This document shows positions 1-11,451 of a DNA stretch of 64,000 nt, piece after piece. Where the stretch lies: assembly GCA_038745295.1 (NCBI GenBank), contig JBCDLN010000001.1, positions 4,572 to 68,571 of the forward strand, read 5' to 3'. Every line of letters begins with the position of its first letter. Position 1 is the first letter of the stretch. The stretch comes from Pseudomonadota bacterium. Its GTDB lineage: Bacteria > Pseudomonadota > Alphaproteobacteria > Rhizobiales > Amorphaceae. A program made the position numbers and the translations under genes. The notes beneath the pieces are model-generated. The model saw only the letters and a list, made by a program, of their open reading frames with translations. It made no database searches and had not been told where the DNA came from.

Positions 1-1
1 C

Positions 2-3349
<3,348 letters not shown>

Positions 3350-3454
3350 TCAAAGTCGTTAGTCCCGCACACTCTTGGCTGCCGGCGCGAATGGGCGACG
3401 CGCCGCACCAAACATATTCAGCCCCTTTGTCCCCGTCCGCTCACGGAGAAGCCG

Positions 3455-4756
3455 CTAGGCTGTGAAATTGGCTGCCGAGAGTGCCTTAACGTCATCGATC
3501 TTGGATTCAATCTGCGCCTTCAGTTCGTCCCGTTCAGCGATGAATTCGTCCAAACGAGCTGAGAAAACGCCATCCTCAAGCAGATCCTTGGCCGGCAAGA
3601 GGTACTTCTTATCAAATCCGAAATGCCGGAAGAGCCCTTCAGCTTTACCGCGATAAGAGAACATCATCGTCGGCACCAACACCCCAAGTGTTGCGATGGC
3701 AAGATGCATACGTCCGGTGAGTGTGGCATCCAGACTTGCAATAATGGATTTGAGATCTTCCGCTGGCAGTTCCTCAGATAGATTAAAGATGGCGTCCGGG
3801 TGCCGCTCTTGAATGATATCAAAAATGATACTGTGACAGTGGACATCTGCAGCTTCATCACGAAAGTCGTGGGCGAGCAGAATGACTTTCACGTTGCTTT
3901 TCTCGATGAGATCAATCAGGTCATTGGCCAACGTGCGTGTCGCCTCGCCGATCTTGTCTCTTTGATTCAACGGCAAAAGTAATGGGTGGAAATTCACGCC
4001 GAGCACAAAGCTTCCGCCTGATCGCGCAGCCTCGATCCACTCGATATATTGTCGCGTTTTCTCGTTCACCGCGGACGGTTTCAGCATAAAGGCAGCATCG
4101 GCAACAAGGTTGGCGTTCACACCCATCTTCGTGATGAAACGCTCGTGGGAGACTGGGTCTCGAGAACAATAAACGATGCTTGGATGGGCAAATTGGTAAG
4201 CGTCCGCCAAATCTTTATAGGCCTCGTCCGAGCAACTAAACCCCAGAACTCTCGCTTCCGCACCCATACGGGCCGCTAAATCGACCACAGCCAGGAGGCG
4301 AATAGAGAAATTCGGATCAGCGTAGCCATCCATCACATCCGCACCAAGCAGATAGATCGTCTTGGGAGGTGTTCTCTTCAAAAATTCAAAAGTTTCATGG
4401 ACGAAATTTGAATATTTCACGCGCACCGGCTGCGTGCCTAACGCAACCGAATTGCGGTCTCCTTCGCTACCGACCGAGAGGATTTGGATCGTGGATGATG
4501 GGTCTGTTTGCCGGATATGATCAATTGTCACTTTGAGCATCGCTTCGTCGCCCTTCGAAGCCGTGACTAAGAGTGGGTCCGGCGGAACTATTAATACATC
4601 ACGTTTGTCTCGAAAGCGTTCTGGATCCAATTTCTCGCGCTCGATGATGGCCTTCCATTCTTTGAATGTTTGGCTGAACTGGTTTTTTAATCGCCAATCC
4701 CGCACGCCAAATTTTCGATATGCCATCCTCAACACGTCACGTGTCATACCATACAC
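3455..4756 (-). CDS. Polysaccharide pyruvyl transferase family protein (CsaB/WcaK-like)
   Basis: 433-aa ORF. The N-terminal KGDEAML resembles the GDEAIL motif. The C-terminal LTGRMHLAIATLGVLVPTMMFSYRGKAEGLFRHFGF resembles the R-x-H-x-x-I-x-A...P...Y..K motif of PS_pyruv_trans proteins. Clearly lower GC than its neighbours. Confidence 0.6.
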   Translation of the reverse strand: MYGMTRDVLRMAYRKFGVRDWRLKNQFSQTFKEWKAIIEREKLDPERFRDKRDVLIVPPDPLLVTASKGDEAMLKVTIDHIRQTDPSSTIQILSVGSEGDRNSVALGTQPVRVKYSNFVHETFEFLKRTPPKTIYLLGADVMDGYADPNFSIRLLAVVDLAARMGAEARVLGFSCSDEAYKDLADAYQFAHPSIVYCSRDPVSHERFITKMGVNANLVADAAFMLKPSAVNEKTRQYIEWIEAARSGGSFVLGVNFHPLLLPLNQRDKIGEATRTLANDLIDLIEKSNVKVILLAHDFRDEAADVHCHSIIFDIIQERHPDAIFNLSEELPAEDLKSIIASLDATLTGRMHLAIATLGVLVPTMMFSYRGKAEGLFRHFGFDKKYLLPAKDLLEDGVFSARLDEFIAERDELKAQIESKIDDVKALSAANFTA

Positions 4757-5026
4757 CTGTTTTGACTATCCCAAATCAGAAGCCCGAGATGAGTACTTGA
4801 AGACGATCACATGGTATGGAACGTACGACTTGGTCTGGGTGGCAGAGCGAATGCTCGGGCGGGTGCCACTTGCTCCTCGACGGTGGTGGAAGTCAAGTTC
4901 CCTTGAGTGGGAGGCAGGCGGTCACTGTGATCCCTTTGAATACAAGGGATTATTCAAGGCTTCAGAATAAGACTGATACCCTAGGGATCTTGTCCGGAGA
5001 TGTTGCAGACAACCTTCCCCTCAGGC

Positions 5027-6001
5027 CTAGAGTGCGCGGATTTTAGTGGGGTTGGCCGCTGGCGGCGGGCGGTTGCCATATTCGGCAAGCAGCATCGCGA
5101 TGCGCTCTTCCAAGAAGGCCGCGAAGCCTGGCGCAGCACGCTCATTGATGGTGATACGCGTGGTCCCGGATCCATGGGTGATCACCACCGGCCGCCCCGC
5201 TCTAGGGTCCGGCTCCTTCGGGGTCTCGCGCGGGGCGGAGAGGGCTTCGAGCGCTAAGAGCAACGCTTTGAAACGGGCATCGCTGCCGCTGTCGCCGCCG
5301 GGCATGCCTTCAGCGGCGGCTTCAAGTGCCTCAAAAGCGGCCCGCTCACCGTGGGCTTTGATGAGCCCCACCAGTTTCAGCCAGCGAGGCCTGCCGGCTT
5401 TCGGCGCACGACCGATTTTCGCCGCCAGCCCCTCGGGAAGGCCATGGGCGACGGCGAGAAGGCGCGCGAGCTCCGTCTTGTCGATATTGAGGGCCTGACC
5501 GACAACGGTGCGTGTCATGCCAAGGCTTGTGAGGGCGGCCGCGAACTCGGCCCGCTCGATGAAGGTGAGGTCCCGACGCTCATTATTTTCCCGGCCCTGC
5601 GCCAGCACCAGCGCCTCATCGTCGAGGCTACGGACAATGGCGCGCACAGGCCGGCCAAGGCGGCGACAAGCCTGCCAGCGGCGATGGCCGTAGGCGATTT
5701 GGTAGCGGTCCGGATTGTCAGGGTGCGGGCGCAAGAGGATCGGCACCAGCTGGCCGCCGGTCTCAATGCTCGCGGCAAGCTCGTCAATATGGGCCGCGCC
5801 GGCTTGATCGAGACGGTCACGCACGAACGAGGGATCAATGGTCTCCGGATCGACCTCCACCACACGCTCGGCCCGCTCGCTCTCCATGAGTGCGAGGCCC
5901 ATGGTGCGCACCGCACCCGCGCGCACGGCCCGTGTGGGACCCTCGGTGTCAGACTCAGCCACTTTGAGGAGCCGTTCCATGGCAAGGCGCCGCTTGGTCA
6001 T
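5027..6001 (-). CDS. parB: ParB/RepB-family plasmid partitioning (centromere-binding) protein
   Basis: LVPILLRPHPDNPDRYQIAYGHRRWQACRRLGRPVRAIVRSLDDEALVLAQGRENNERRDLTFIERAEF is a typical ParB-box / RepB core. It lies directly downstream of a ParA-type ATPase gene on the same strand. Confidence 0.85.
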   Translation of the reverse strand: MTKRRLAMERLLKVAESDTEGPTRAVRAGAVRTMGLALMESERAERVVEVDPETIDPSFVRDRLDQAGAAHIDELAASIETGGQLVPILLRPHPDNPDRYQIAYGHRRWQACRRLGRPVRAIVRSLDDEALVLAQGRENNERRDLTFIERAEFAAALTSLGMTRTVVGQALNIDKTELARLLAVAHGLPEGLAAKIGRAPKAGRPRWLKLVGLIKAHGERAAFEALEAAAEGMPGGDSGSDARFKALLLALEALSAPRETPKEPDPRAGRPVVITHGSGTTRITINERAAPGFAAFLEERIAMLLAEYGNRPPPAANPTKIRAL

Positions 6002-6068
6002 GCGCTGGCTCCTTGGCTGTGCGTGACGGCCTGGTTGACACCTGCCAACGGCGTTGCGGAGCGGGCAC

Positions 6069-7310
6069 TCATTCGGCCGCCTCCAGCATGGTGGGCCGGC
6101 GCTCGAACACGGAGCGGATCAGCGCTTCGATCTCGCCGTTCACCGCATCGAGACTTTCAACGGCCCGGTCGTAGGTGCTGCGGGTCATGCCCTCGCGGCC
6201 GACCTCGTAGAGGGTCTGTTTGGAAAGGCCTGCATCGGCGAGCGCTGTGGACTTTACCATCGCGTTGGTGAGAACGCGCTCGCCGAACAGGCTGCGCAGG
6301 AAGCCCGCCACCTGCGCCTGCGGCCCGTCGCGGGGCTCAAAGCGGGTGAGGACGTAGCGGAAAAAGTCGAGCTCCACCCGGGCGCCGGCTTTTTCGACCA
6401 CCGCCATCAGGTCGGCGGTCATGAGCAAAAACTGGCTCATGGACGCCACATCCAGCATCTGCGGATGGACCGTCACGAGCACACCTGTCGCAGCGCAAAG
6501 GGCGCCGAGCGTCAAGAAGCCGAGTTGCGGCGGGCAATCGATGACGACGACGTCGTAGTCGGTGATGACACCGTCGAGCGTGGTCGCAATGCGGGTGTAA
6601 AACGGCGTTTGCTTCGCGCCCCGTTCCAGCAAAACCCGCGGGGTTTCGTGCTCGAACTCGTGGAGTTCCAAATTGCCAGCGATGAGGTCGAGGCCCGGAA
6701 AGTAGGTTTTGCGAATCACATCGCGCACCGGACGCGGGTCGTCGTAGCGGATCGCGCCATAGAGCGTTTCGCCGACGCCCACATCGGTCTCAGGCTGGTG
6801 GCCAAAAAGGCTTGAGAGCGAGGCTTGCGGGTCGAGGTCGACCGCCAGCACCCGAAACCCTTTGAGCGCCAGATGCTGGGCAAGGTGGGCCGTGGTCGTG
6901 GTTTTTCCGCTGCCGCCCTTAAAGTTCGCGACCGCGATCACCTGGGCGGGCGTTCCCGGCGCCCGGTTGGGAAGGGCGACGCGCGCTTTCGGGCCGCCCT
7001 TCTTGGCGAGGTATTCGCGCAAAATATTGATATTTTGGAGCGAATAGGCGTTTCGGTTGCCCGACAAACGCTCCGGCTGCGGCCCTTCACCGGCCCGCGA
7101 CAAGTGCCGCAGATAGCTGTCGGTGACTCCCAAAAGCTTGGCAGTTTCGGTGCTGGTGAAGAGGCGCAGCGCCTTCTTCTCATCGGGCTGAAAAAGTTCG
7201 CTGCGCAGCCGTGTGATTTGCGCCGACAGGGCCTCGGCATCGCTTTGGACAGCGTCAAAACCGACACCGCCTGTGGTGTCCGCCGATCCGCCTGATGATC
7301 CGAAGACCAT
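6069..7310 (-). CDS. parA: ParA/RepA-family partitioning ATPase with an N-terminal HTH extension
   Basis: The deviant Walker A VIAVANFKGGSGKTTTTAHLAQHLA is followed by VLAVDLDPQASLS. The N-terminal FTSTETAKLLGVTDSYLRHL is an HTH-like segment, as in type Ia ParA / repABC RepA. 413 aa. Confidence 0.9.
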   Translation of the reverse strand: MVFGSSGGSADTTGGVGFDAVQSDAEALSAQITRLRSELFQPDEKKALRLFTSTETAKLLGVTDSYLRHLSRAGEGPQPERLSGNRNAYSLQNINILREYLAKKGGPKARVALPNRAPGTPAQVIAVANFKGGSGKTTTTAHLAQHLALKGFRVLAVDLDPQASLSSLFGHQPETDVGVGETLYGAIRYDDPRPVRDVIRKTYFPGLDLIAGNLELHEFEHETPRVLLERGAKQTPFYTRIATTLDGVITDYDVVVIDCPPQLGFLTLGALCAATGVLVTVHPQMLDVASMSQFLLMTADLMAVVEKAGARVELDFFRYVLTRFEPRDGPQAQVAGFLRSLFGERVLTNAMVKSTALADAGLSKQTLYEVGREGMTRSTYDRAVESLDAVNGEIEALIRSVFERRPTMLEAAE

Positions 7311-7334
7311 GGTGGCCCTCCGTGTTGCGCGCCA

Positions 7335-7365
7335 CGCGGTTGATTCGTGTTCCGCGGTTGATTCG
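7335..7365. promoter_or_regulatory. Two direct copies of CGCGGTTGATTCG (18-bp period) just upstream of the parA start; candidate partition-operon operator
   Basis: Copies at 7335-7347 and 7353-7365, read directly; they lie 25-55 bp upstream of the parA initiation codon at 7310. Confidence 0.35.
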
Positions 7366-7522
7366 CGGCACGGCGCTGTTCACGCAAACCGCGTCGGTGA
7401 CTCTGCATCTGCGTGAATGCTTCCTACGCCGTCACACCCTAACGATTCGTGACTGGCGCAACAGACTGCGCGTTCGACGACACACAGCTCCGTTGTTTTG
7501 CCGCTTTCACCGCAAAAAGGAC

Positions 7523-7536
7523 TTGACAGGTGTCAA
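7523..7536. promoter_or_regulatory. Perfect palindrome TTGACAGGTGTCAA, which reads as a -35-like TTGACA on both strands
   Basis: Read directly in the parA-upstream intergenic region. Confidence 0.3.
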
Positions 7537-7621
7537 CGTTTGTCCGTCGGGGCCGAGCAACACCTCAGTCTTTGTCCGATCAACACCCGATGGCGTGGTG
7601 TGAAGACCATGCGGCTGAGGC

Positions 7622-7700
7622 GTTTGACTCTTCATTTTTGTCAAACATTTTTGGCCGCGCAGCGGTTTTAAAGGTTTTTCTAGTTTTTCTCTTAGGTTTT
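7622..7700. promoter_or_regulatory. Inverted repeat GTTTGAC-N11-GTCAAAC followed by an AT-rich tract; candidate DNA-unwinding element
   Basis: Arms at 7622-7628 and 7640-7646. The sequence that follows (catttttggccgcgcagcggttttaaaggtttttctagtttttctcttaggtttta) is the most AT-rich stretch of the maintenance block and directly precedes the iteron-like array. Confidence 0.35.
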
Positions 7701-7752
7701 AGGGAAGCGATCGGGCCGAAGATTCAAGCGCTTGGAGGGGGTGTTCGGCACC

Positions 7753-7960
7753 GAAGTACGGCTTTGACGGAACGATGTACGCGTTTGACGGAACGATGTA
7801 CGCCATTTTCGGACCGAAGTACGGTTCGGTGAAAAGTGCCAAAACCCCTTTGTCGCGAATCGTTTGGCCGTTTTTGTCATGACGGGGTGGAGGACTGAAG
7901 TACGCCGTTTTTGTCATGGCGAAGCCGAATCGGTCGAACTGTGAGGCGGACTGAAGTACG
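7753..7960. repeat. Iteron-like array: four tandem 21-bp units plus two dispersed copies, core GGA(A/C)(C/T)GA(A/T)GTACG(G/C)
   Basis: The GA(A/T)GTACG cores start at 7753, 7774, 7795 and 7816, an exact 21-bp period, with further copies at 7897 and 7953. Units 2 and 3 are identical over GATGTACGC and are preceded by TTTGACGGAAC. CCGTTTTTGTCATG also occurs twice (about 7869 and 7905). Confidence 0.7.
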
Positions 7961-8043
7961 GCGTTTTGGGCAAGATGGGCCGGCGAACGAGGGCGTAGCT
8001 GGGGGCAGCACAATAAAACGGACCAAACGGATATTCTCGGGAT

Positions 8044-8877
8044 CTATCGAAGAGGCGACTGATCGATAGCCATACTGTCGATTGCAGCGACGAGTTTGGT
8101 TAAGTCTGCATCGTAAAAACCTGCCGCGTTGATGCAATTTGTCTCTAGAAGGTGAAGCCCAGATTCAGCGCGGCAAATATCCATGACGTACGCGGGCGCA
8201 AAGTCTGGATTTAGATTGACTAGTCGTTTCGCAAACTCACGCACGTCGTCGTCGATTTCGGAGCGGTAGATAATACGTGACCCTTCTTTGTAGATCGAGT
8301 AGGTCACGATTTCTTCTCTCACAATCCAGAGCCGCCACTCTTTGTAGATGCGAGCTGGCCGAGTCAGCATAAGCATAGTGTCGTGTCTCAGGGAGCCACG
8401 GGGGATTTCGTCTTCCTTCAGCGCCATCACCTTCTCTGCAATGTCGCGTACCTCCGATGTTGCCGTGACTCGTCCAGGATACTCTTTGTTGTCTGAGACA
8501 GGGCGGACAAACCAAGTTGCCTCCCCGCGCAACTTTGCCGGAACATCCTCAACCCTCAAAAACAGAGCGTCCGGCCCGTTGAGCATGAACGGCTGCCACG
8601 GCTCTTCAAAAACAAACGGCCTAAGCTTGAACACGCCAGGTCGGTAACCGTGGACTTCGGCGTTCCTCCAAAGTGTGTAGGACCCGAACATGATGACGCT
8701 ATTTGGATCTGTGATCTCTGGAGGTGGGATCAGGTCTCCCACGAACGGAACGACTTTGTGCATCGAGTACCGGATGCCCAGTCGATCCAGTGCTGCGGCT
8801 AGTCTAGGGGTGTCTTCGAATTCCTGGAGAATCCAATGCATGAGATCTAACCTGCACATTCCACGCTTCGAACCCAA
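8044..8877 (-). CDS. ATP-grasp domain protein (R2K-clade / DUF4343-like); the start is possibly the internal Met at 8841
   Basis: FVRPVSDNKEYPGRV, EWRLWIVREEIVTYSIY and AYVMDICRAESGLHLLETNCINAAGFYDADL fit the C-terminal half of small stand-alone ATP-grasp proteins. Lower GC than the flanks. Confidence 0.55.
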   Translation of the reverse strand: MGSKRGMCRLDLMHWILQEFEDTPRLAAALDRLGIRYSMHKVVPFVGDLIPPPEITDPNSVIMFGSYTLWRNAEVHGYRPGVFKLRPFVFEEPWQPFMLNGPDALFLRVEDVPAKLRGEATWFVRPVSDNKEYPGRVTATSEVRDIAEKVMALKEDEIPRGSLRHDTMLMLTRPARIYKEWRLWIVREEIVTYSIYKEGSRIIYRSEIDDDVREFAKRLVNLNPDFAPAYVMDICRAESGLHLLETNCINAAGFYDADLTKLVAAIDSMAIDQSPLR

Positions 8878-8949
8878 GAGCTGGAAGCGGGCTTCCAGGA
8901 AGATCGCAAAAACGACCGTTTTTGCGAAACCGTTAGCCGCGCCCTGCCG

Positions 8950-9250
8950 CTACGCCGCCTCTGGGTCCGAGCGGCGGACCATGTGGAGGACTGGCCCGCG
9001 TTTGCCGGGCTTGAGTGTCAGGAAGTAGTCCGGGTTCAGCGTCAGGATCGTCGGCTTGCCCTCAGGCTACACCACACCGTCATAGGCCCATCGGGGGAGG
9101 TCGATTTCCACGGCGTCGCTCTCAGTGCGCGAGACCACCTTGTCGCGCCCGATCAGCGGAAAAGATTGGGTCTCGCGCCGCGTGTCGCCGGACGAGTTGG
9201 TGATTTTGATGCGGGCCGATCACCCCGTCCTGCCGCACCTTGGAGAGCGA
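8950..9250 (-). pseudogene. Decayed 3' fragment of an RPA-type replication-initiator gene, paralogous to 10097..11335
   Basis: 8950-9015 aligns with 10097-10160, starting exactly at the stop codon. 9015-9215 aligns with about 10352-10555. 9216-9250 aligns with about 10836-10868. Roughly nine of ten positions match by eye. The intervening about 190 bp and about 280 bp are missing, and no long reading frame is retained. Confidence 0.8.
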
Positions 9251-9336
9251 TCGCCGCGGCGCGCGCAAAAATGCGTCGATATTTGATCTTCCCTGAGGGC
9301 AGGCCACAGGAAAACGGCCTTCACCCCGAGGTTCCA

Positions 9337-9999
9337 TCATTTTTTGGCGTGCGTCTCTTTCAAACGCTGCATCGACCAACGCACCACGCCGCCGGTCCAG
9401 ATCAATCCGAGCAATCCACCCAGATACACATTCATCGCGCCCCCCGGTGCAATGAAGCCCGACACGCCAAAGATGGTCACGGTCTCGATCGCCTGTTCCA
9501 GCCCGAACACAATGCTGAGCCAGGCCAACCAGGCCGGAACCATCTTGTGCTCGCCGAAGCCAAGGGCGGCCACGGCCAGCGCCATCGCCGTCGTTGAGGC
9601 ATTGACCAGCGGCCCCCAGAAGGCGGCGATCGCAAAAATCACCCGCGCTGAACCTTCCGAAAGCCCACTGGGGTGATAGGCGAGACCGGCCCAGATCCAG
9701 GCCTGAACCTGCGCCGTCAACGCAAAGCCCAGAACACCGGCAAAAAACACATAACGATGGGGCGGGGGCAGCAACGCGGACACCTGGCCGGCAAAGATCA
9801 TCAAACCCAGCGACACACACGCCGAAGCCCAGGCATAGGTTTTGGCGTTCATGCCGTTGTTGGTGAACCAATCAACAATGTCTGCCCCGGTCGACTCAAT
9901 TGTTGGGACGGAGCCGCCAAGCGCAATGAAGCTGAACACATAAAACGCTCCCGTCAGAAGGATGTTGATGAGCAGAAATCTCTGCGGCGTTATTTTCAT
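9337..9999 (-). CDS. Small integral membrane protein of unknown function (about 6 predicted hydrophobic helices)
   Basis: 220-aa ORF with repeated hydrophobic stretches (LLINILLTGAFYVFSFIAL, AWASACVSLGLMIFAG, VFFAGVLGFALTAQ, AWLAWLSIVFGL, YLGGLLGLIWTGG) and good codon bias. I recognise no catalytic motif. Confidence 0.6.
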   Translation of the reverse strand: MKITPQRFLLINILLTGAFYVFSFIALGGSVPTIESTGADIVDWFTNNGMNAKTYAWASACVSLGLMIFAGQVSALLPPPHRYVFFAGVLGFALTAQVQAWIWAGLAYHPSGLSEGSARVIFAIAAFWGPLVNASTTAMALAVAALGFGEHKMVPAWLAWLSIVFGLEQAIETVTIFGVSGFIAPGGAMNVYLGGLLGLIWTGGVVRWSMQRLKETHAKK

Positions 10000-10096
10000 C
10001 TGTTTGCCTGTTCTTTGGGGGTGTCGCCAATCGTCTTGCGGGTCTGTTCAAAGGCAAATTACACTCACCCAAACCGTCCGCGGTTGTTGCCGACCG

Positions 10097-11335
10097 CTAC
10101 GCCGCCTCGGGGTCGGAGCGGCGGACCATGTGAAGGACAGGCCCCCGTTTGCCGGGCTTGAGCGTGAGGTCATAGTCCGGCAGCGGCTCATCCTTGGCGC
10201 GCTCGACAATGTCCTCCACCTTGCGGCGGAATTTGGCGGGCGGCAGTGCTGAGCCTGAGCGATAATGCAGATCGTCGAGCGCATAGTGGGCGGACGCTGC
10301 GCCCGCGGCCTTGCGCGCCAAACGGTACAAGAACCGGGCGATGGGCTGGGCGATCAGGAAGTAGTCCGGGTTCAGCGTCAGGATCGTGGGCTTGCCCTCA
10401 GGCTGGACCACACCGTCATAGACCCATTTGGGAACGTCGATTTCCACCAAGTCCACCGCGTCGCTCTCGGTGCGCGAGACCACCTTGTAGCGCCCGATGA
10501 GCGGAAAAGACTGGGTCTCGCGCCGGGTGCCGCCCGAAAGATTGGTGATCTTGATGCGGGTTGCCTGCAGCCGGTCGAGCGCGGCCTCCAGCGCTGCATA
10601 CTGCTTGCCCCCCGTGCCGCGGCGGCAAAAGCGCAGAATTTGCGTGGCGCTCGGCCGGTAGGTGGGCGGCGGCAGTGACGGGCGGCGGCCCTTTTGGGTG
10701 TCGATGCGGAACCGGCGCACCTCTTCAGCCAAATACGACACCATGGAGAGGAAAATGTCGTAGTCGTAGGTGGTGGCGAGCCCCACCTCCGCGCCGCCCT
10801 CAATGGTGATGATGCTGTCTTTCAGCTCGTAACGGATCACCCCGTCCCGCCGCACCTTGGAGAGCGCGAAGGGGGCGATATCCATGAGGTTCATCTCGTC
10901 CTTCAGCGGTGCGTCGTGCACCTGGGGGACGAAAAAATCGAGCTGCTCGTCCCCATCTGGCGCAAGGCGGATGATGCGGCCGGGCGGGAGACTCTTGCTG
11001 GCGCCATCAGGTTTCGCCGGCGGCGCTTTGGGCTCAGGCTTCCGGGAGGCGGGAAGCTCCGATTCAATCACCTTTTCCATCTCGCTGCCGCGGATGATGT
11101 CGGCCATGCGGATCAGCGTGTCGCGCATCGCCCCTTCGTCCATTTCGCCAAGCTTCAGATCGGCGACGGAGCGACGGGCATAAAACCGGCGAAGGCGCGA
11201 CAGTGCGGCCTTGGAGAGCGCCACAGGCTCTTCCCCCGCCTCGGCCTGAAACTCGTTCGCGACCTGTTGCAGGTAGGCGTTCTTGTCGTGCAGGCGCAGG
11301 TCGGAAAACTCTTCGCGCGATTTGAGAGAGGGCAC
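10097..11335 (-). CDS. Replication initiator protein A (RPA family) plasmid replicase
   Basis: MDIAPFALSK, GLATTYDYDIFLSMVSYL, TGGKQYAALEAALDRLQATRIKITN, ILTLNPDYFLIAQPIARFLYRLARKAAG and LHYRSGSALPPAKFRRKV match the conserved blocks of RPA-type initiators. The ORF is open to 11533, but that would overlap the upstream GT2 gene. A GTG at 11335 preceded by GGAGG is the more plausible start (uncertain). Confidence 0.85.
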   Translation of the reverse strand: MPSLKSREEFSDLRLHDKNAYLQQVANEFQAEAGEEPVALSKAALSRLRRFYARRSVADLKLGEMDEGAMRDTLIRMADIIRGSEMEKVIESELPASRKPEPKAPPAKPDGASKSLPPGRIIRLAPDGDEQLDFFVPQVHDAPLKDEMNLMDIAPFALSKVRRDGVIRYELKDSIITIEGGAEVGLATTYDYDIFLSMVSYLAEEVRRFRIDTQKGRRPSLPPPTYRPSATQILRFCRRGTGGKQYAALEAALDRLQATRIKITNLSGGTRRETQSFPLIGRYKVVSRTESDAVDLVEIDVPKWVYDGVVQPEGKPTILTLNPDYFLIAQPIARFLYRLARKAAGAASAHYALDDLHYRSGSALPPAKFRRKVEDIVERAKDEPLPDYDLTLKPGKRGPVLHMVRRSDPEAA

Positions 11336-11451
11336 GGCGGCAGCCTCCGGACAACGGCCTTGAGGGTGTTGATTCTCAAAAACCCTGCCTGATCCGCGGG
11401 GGCTGTGTCGTGGGGGCGGCTCGGCTTTTGCACCGCCTCGGGGCGAAGGCG

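Noticed and set aside
4930-4950. 7-bp stem hairpin (ATCCCTT-N7-AAGGGAT) downstream of parB, as a terminator or a remnant of a repABC-type antisense RNA
   Set aside because: The stem is short and there is no U-tract on either strand, so the evidence is insufficient.
5027-7310. Calling the locus a canonical repABC operon
   Set aside because: No repC-like gene follows the RepB-like gene. The next gene is a convergent pyruvyl transferase, and the only initiator in the window belongs to the unrelated RPA family.
8983-9871. ORFs 8983-9597 (+) and 9122-9871 (-) as genes
   Set aside because: They run across the initiator remnant and antisense to, or out of frame with, the well-formed membrane-protein gene. 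Their translations are Arg/Pro/Gly-rich with no motifs.
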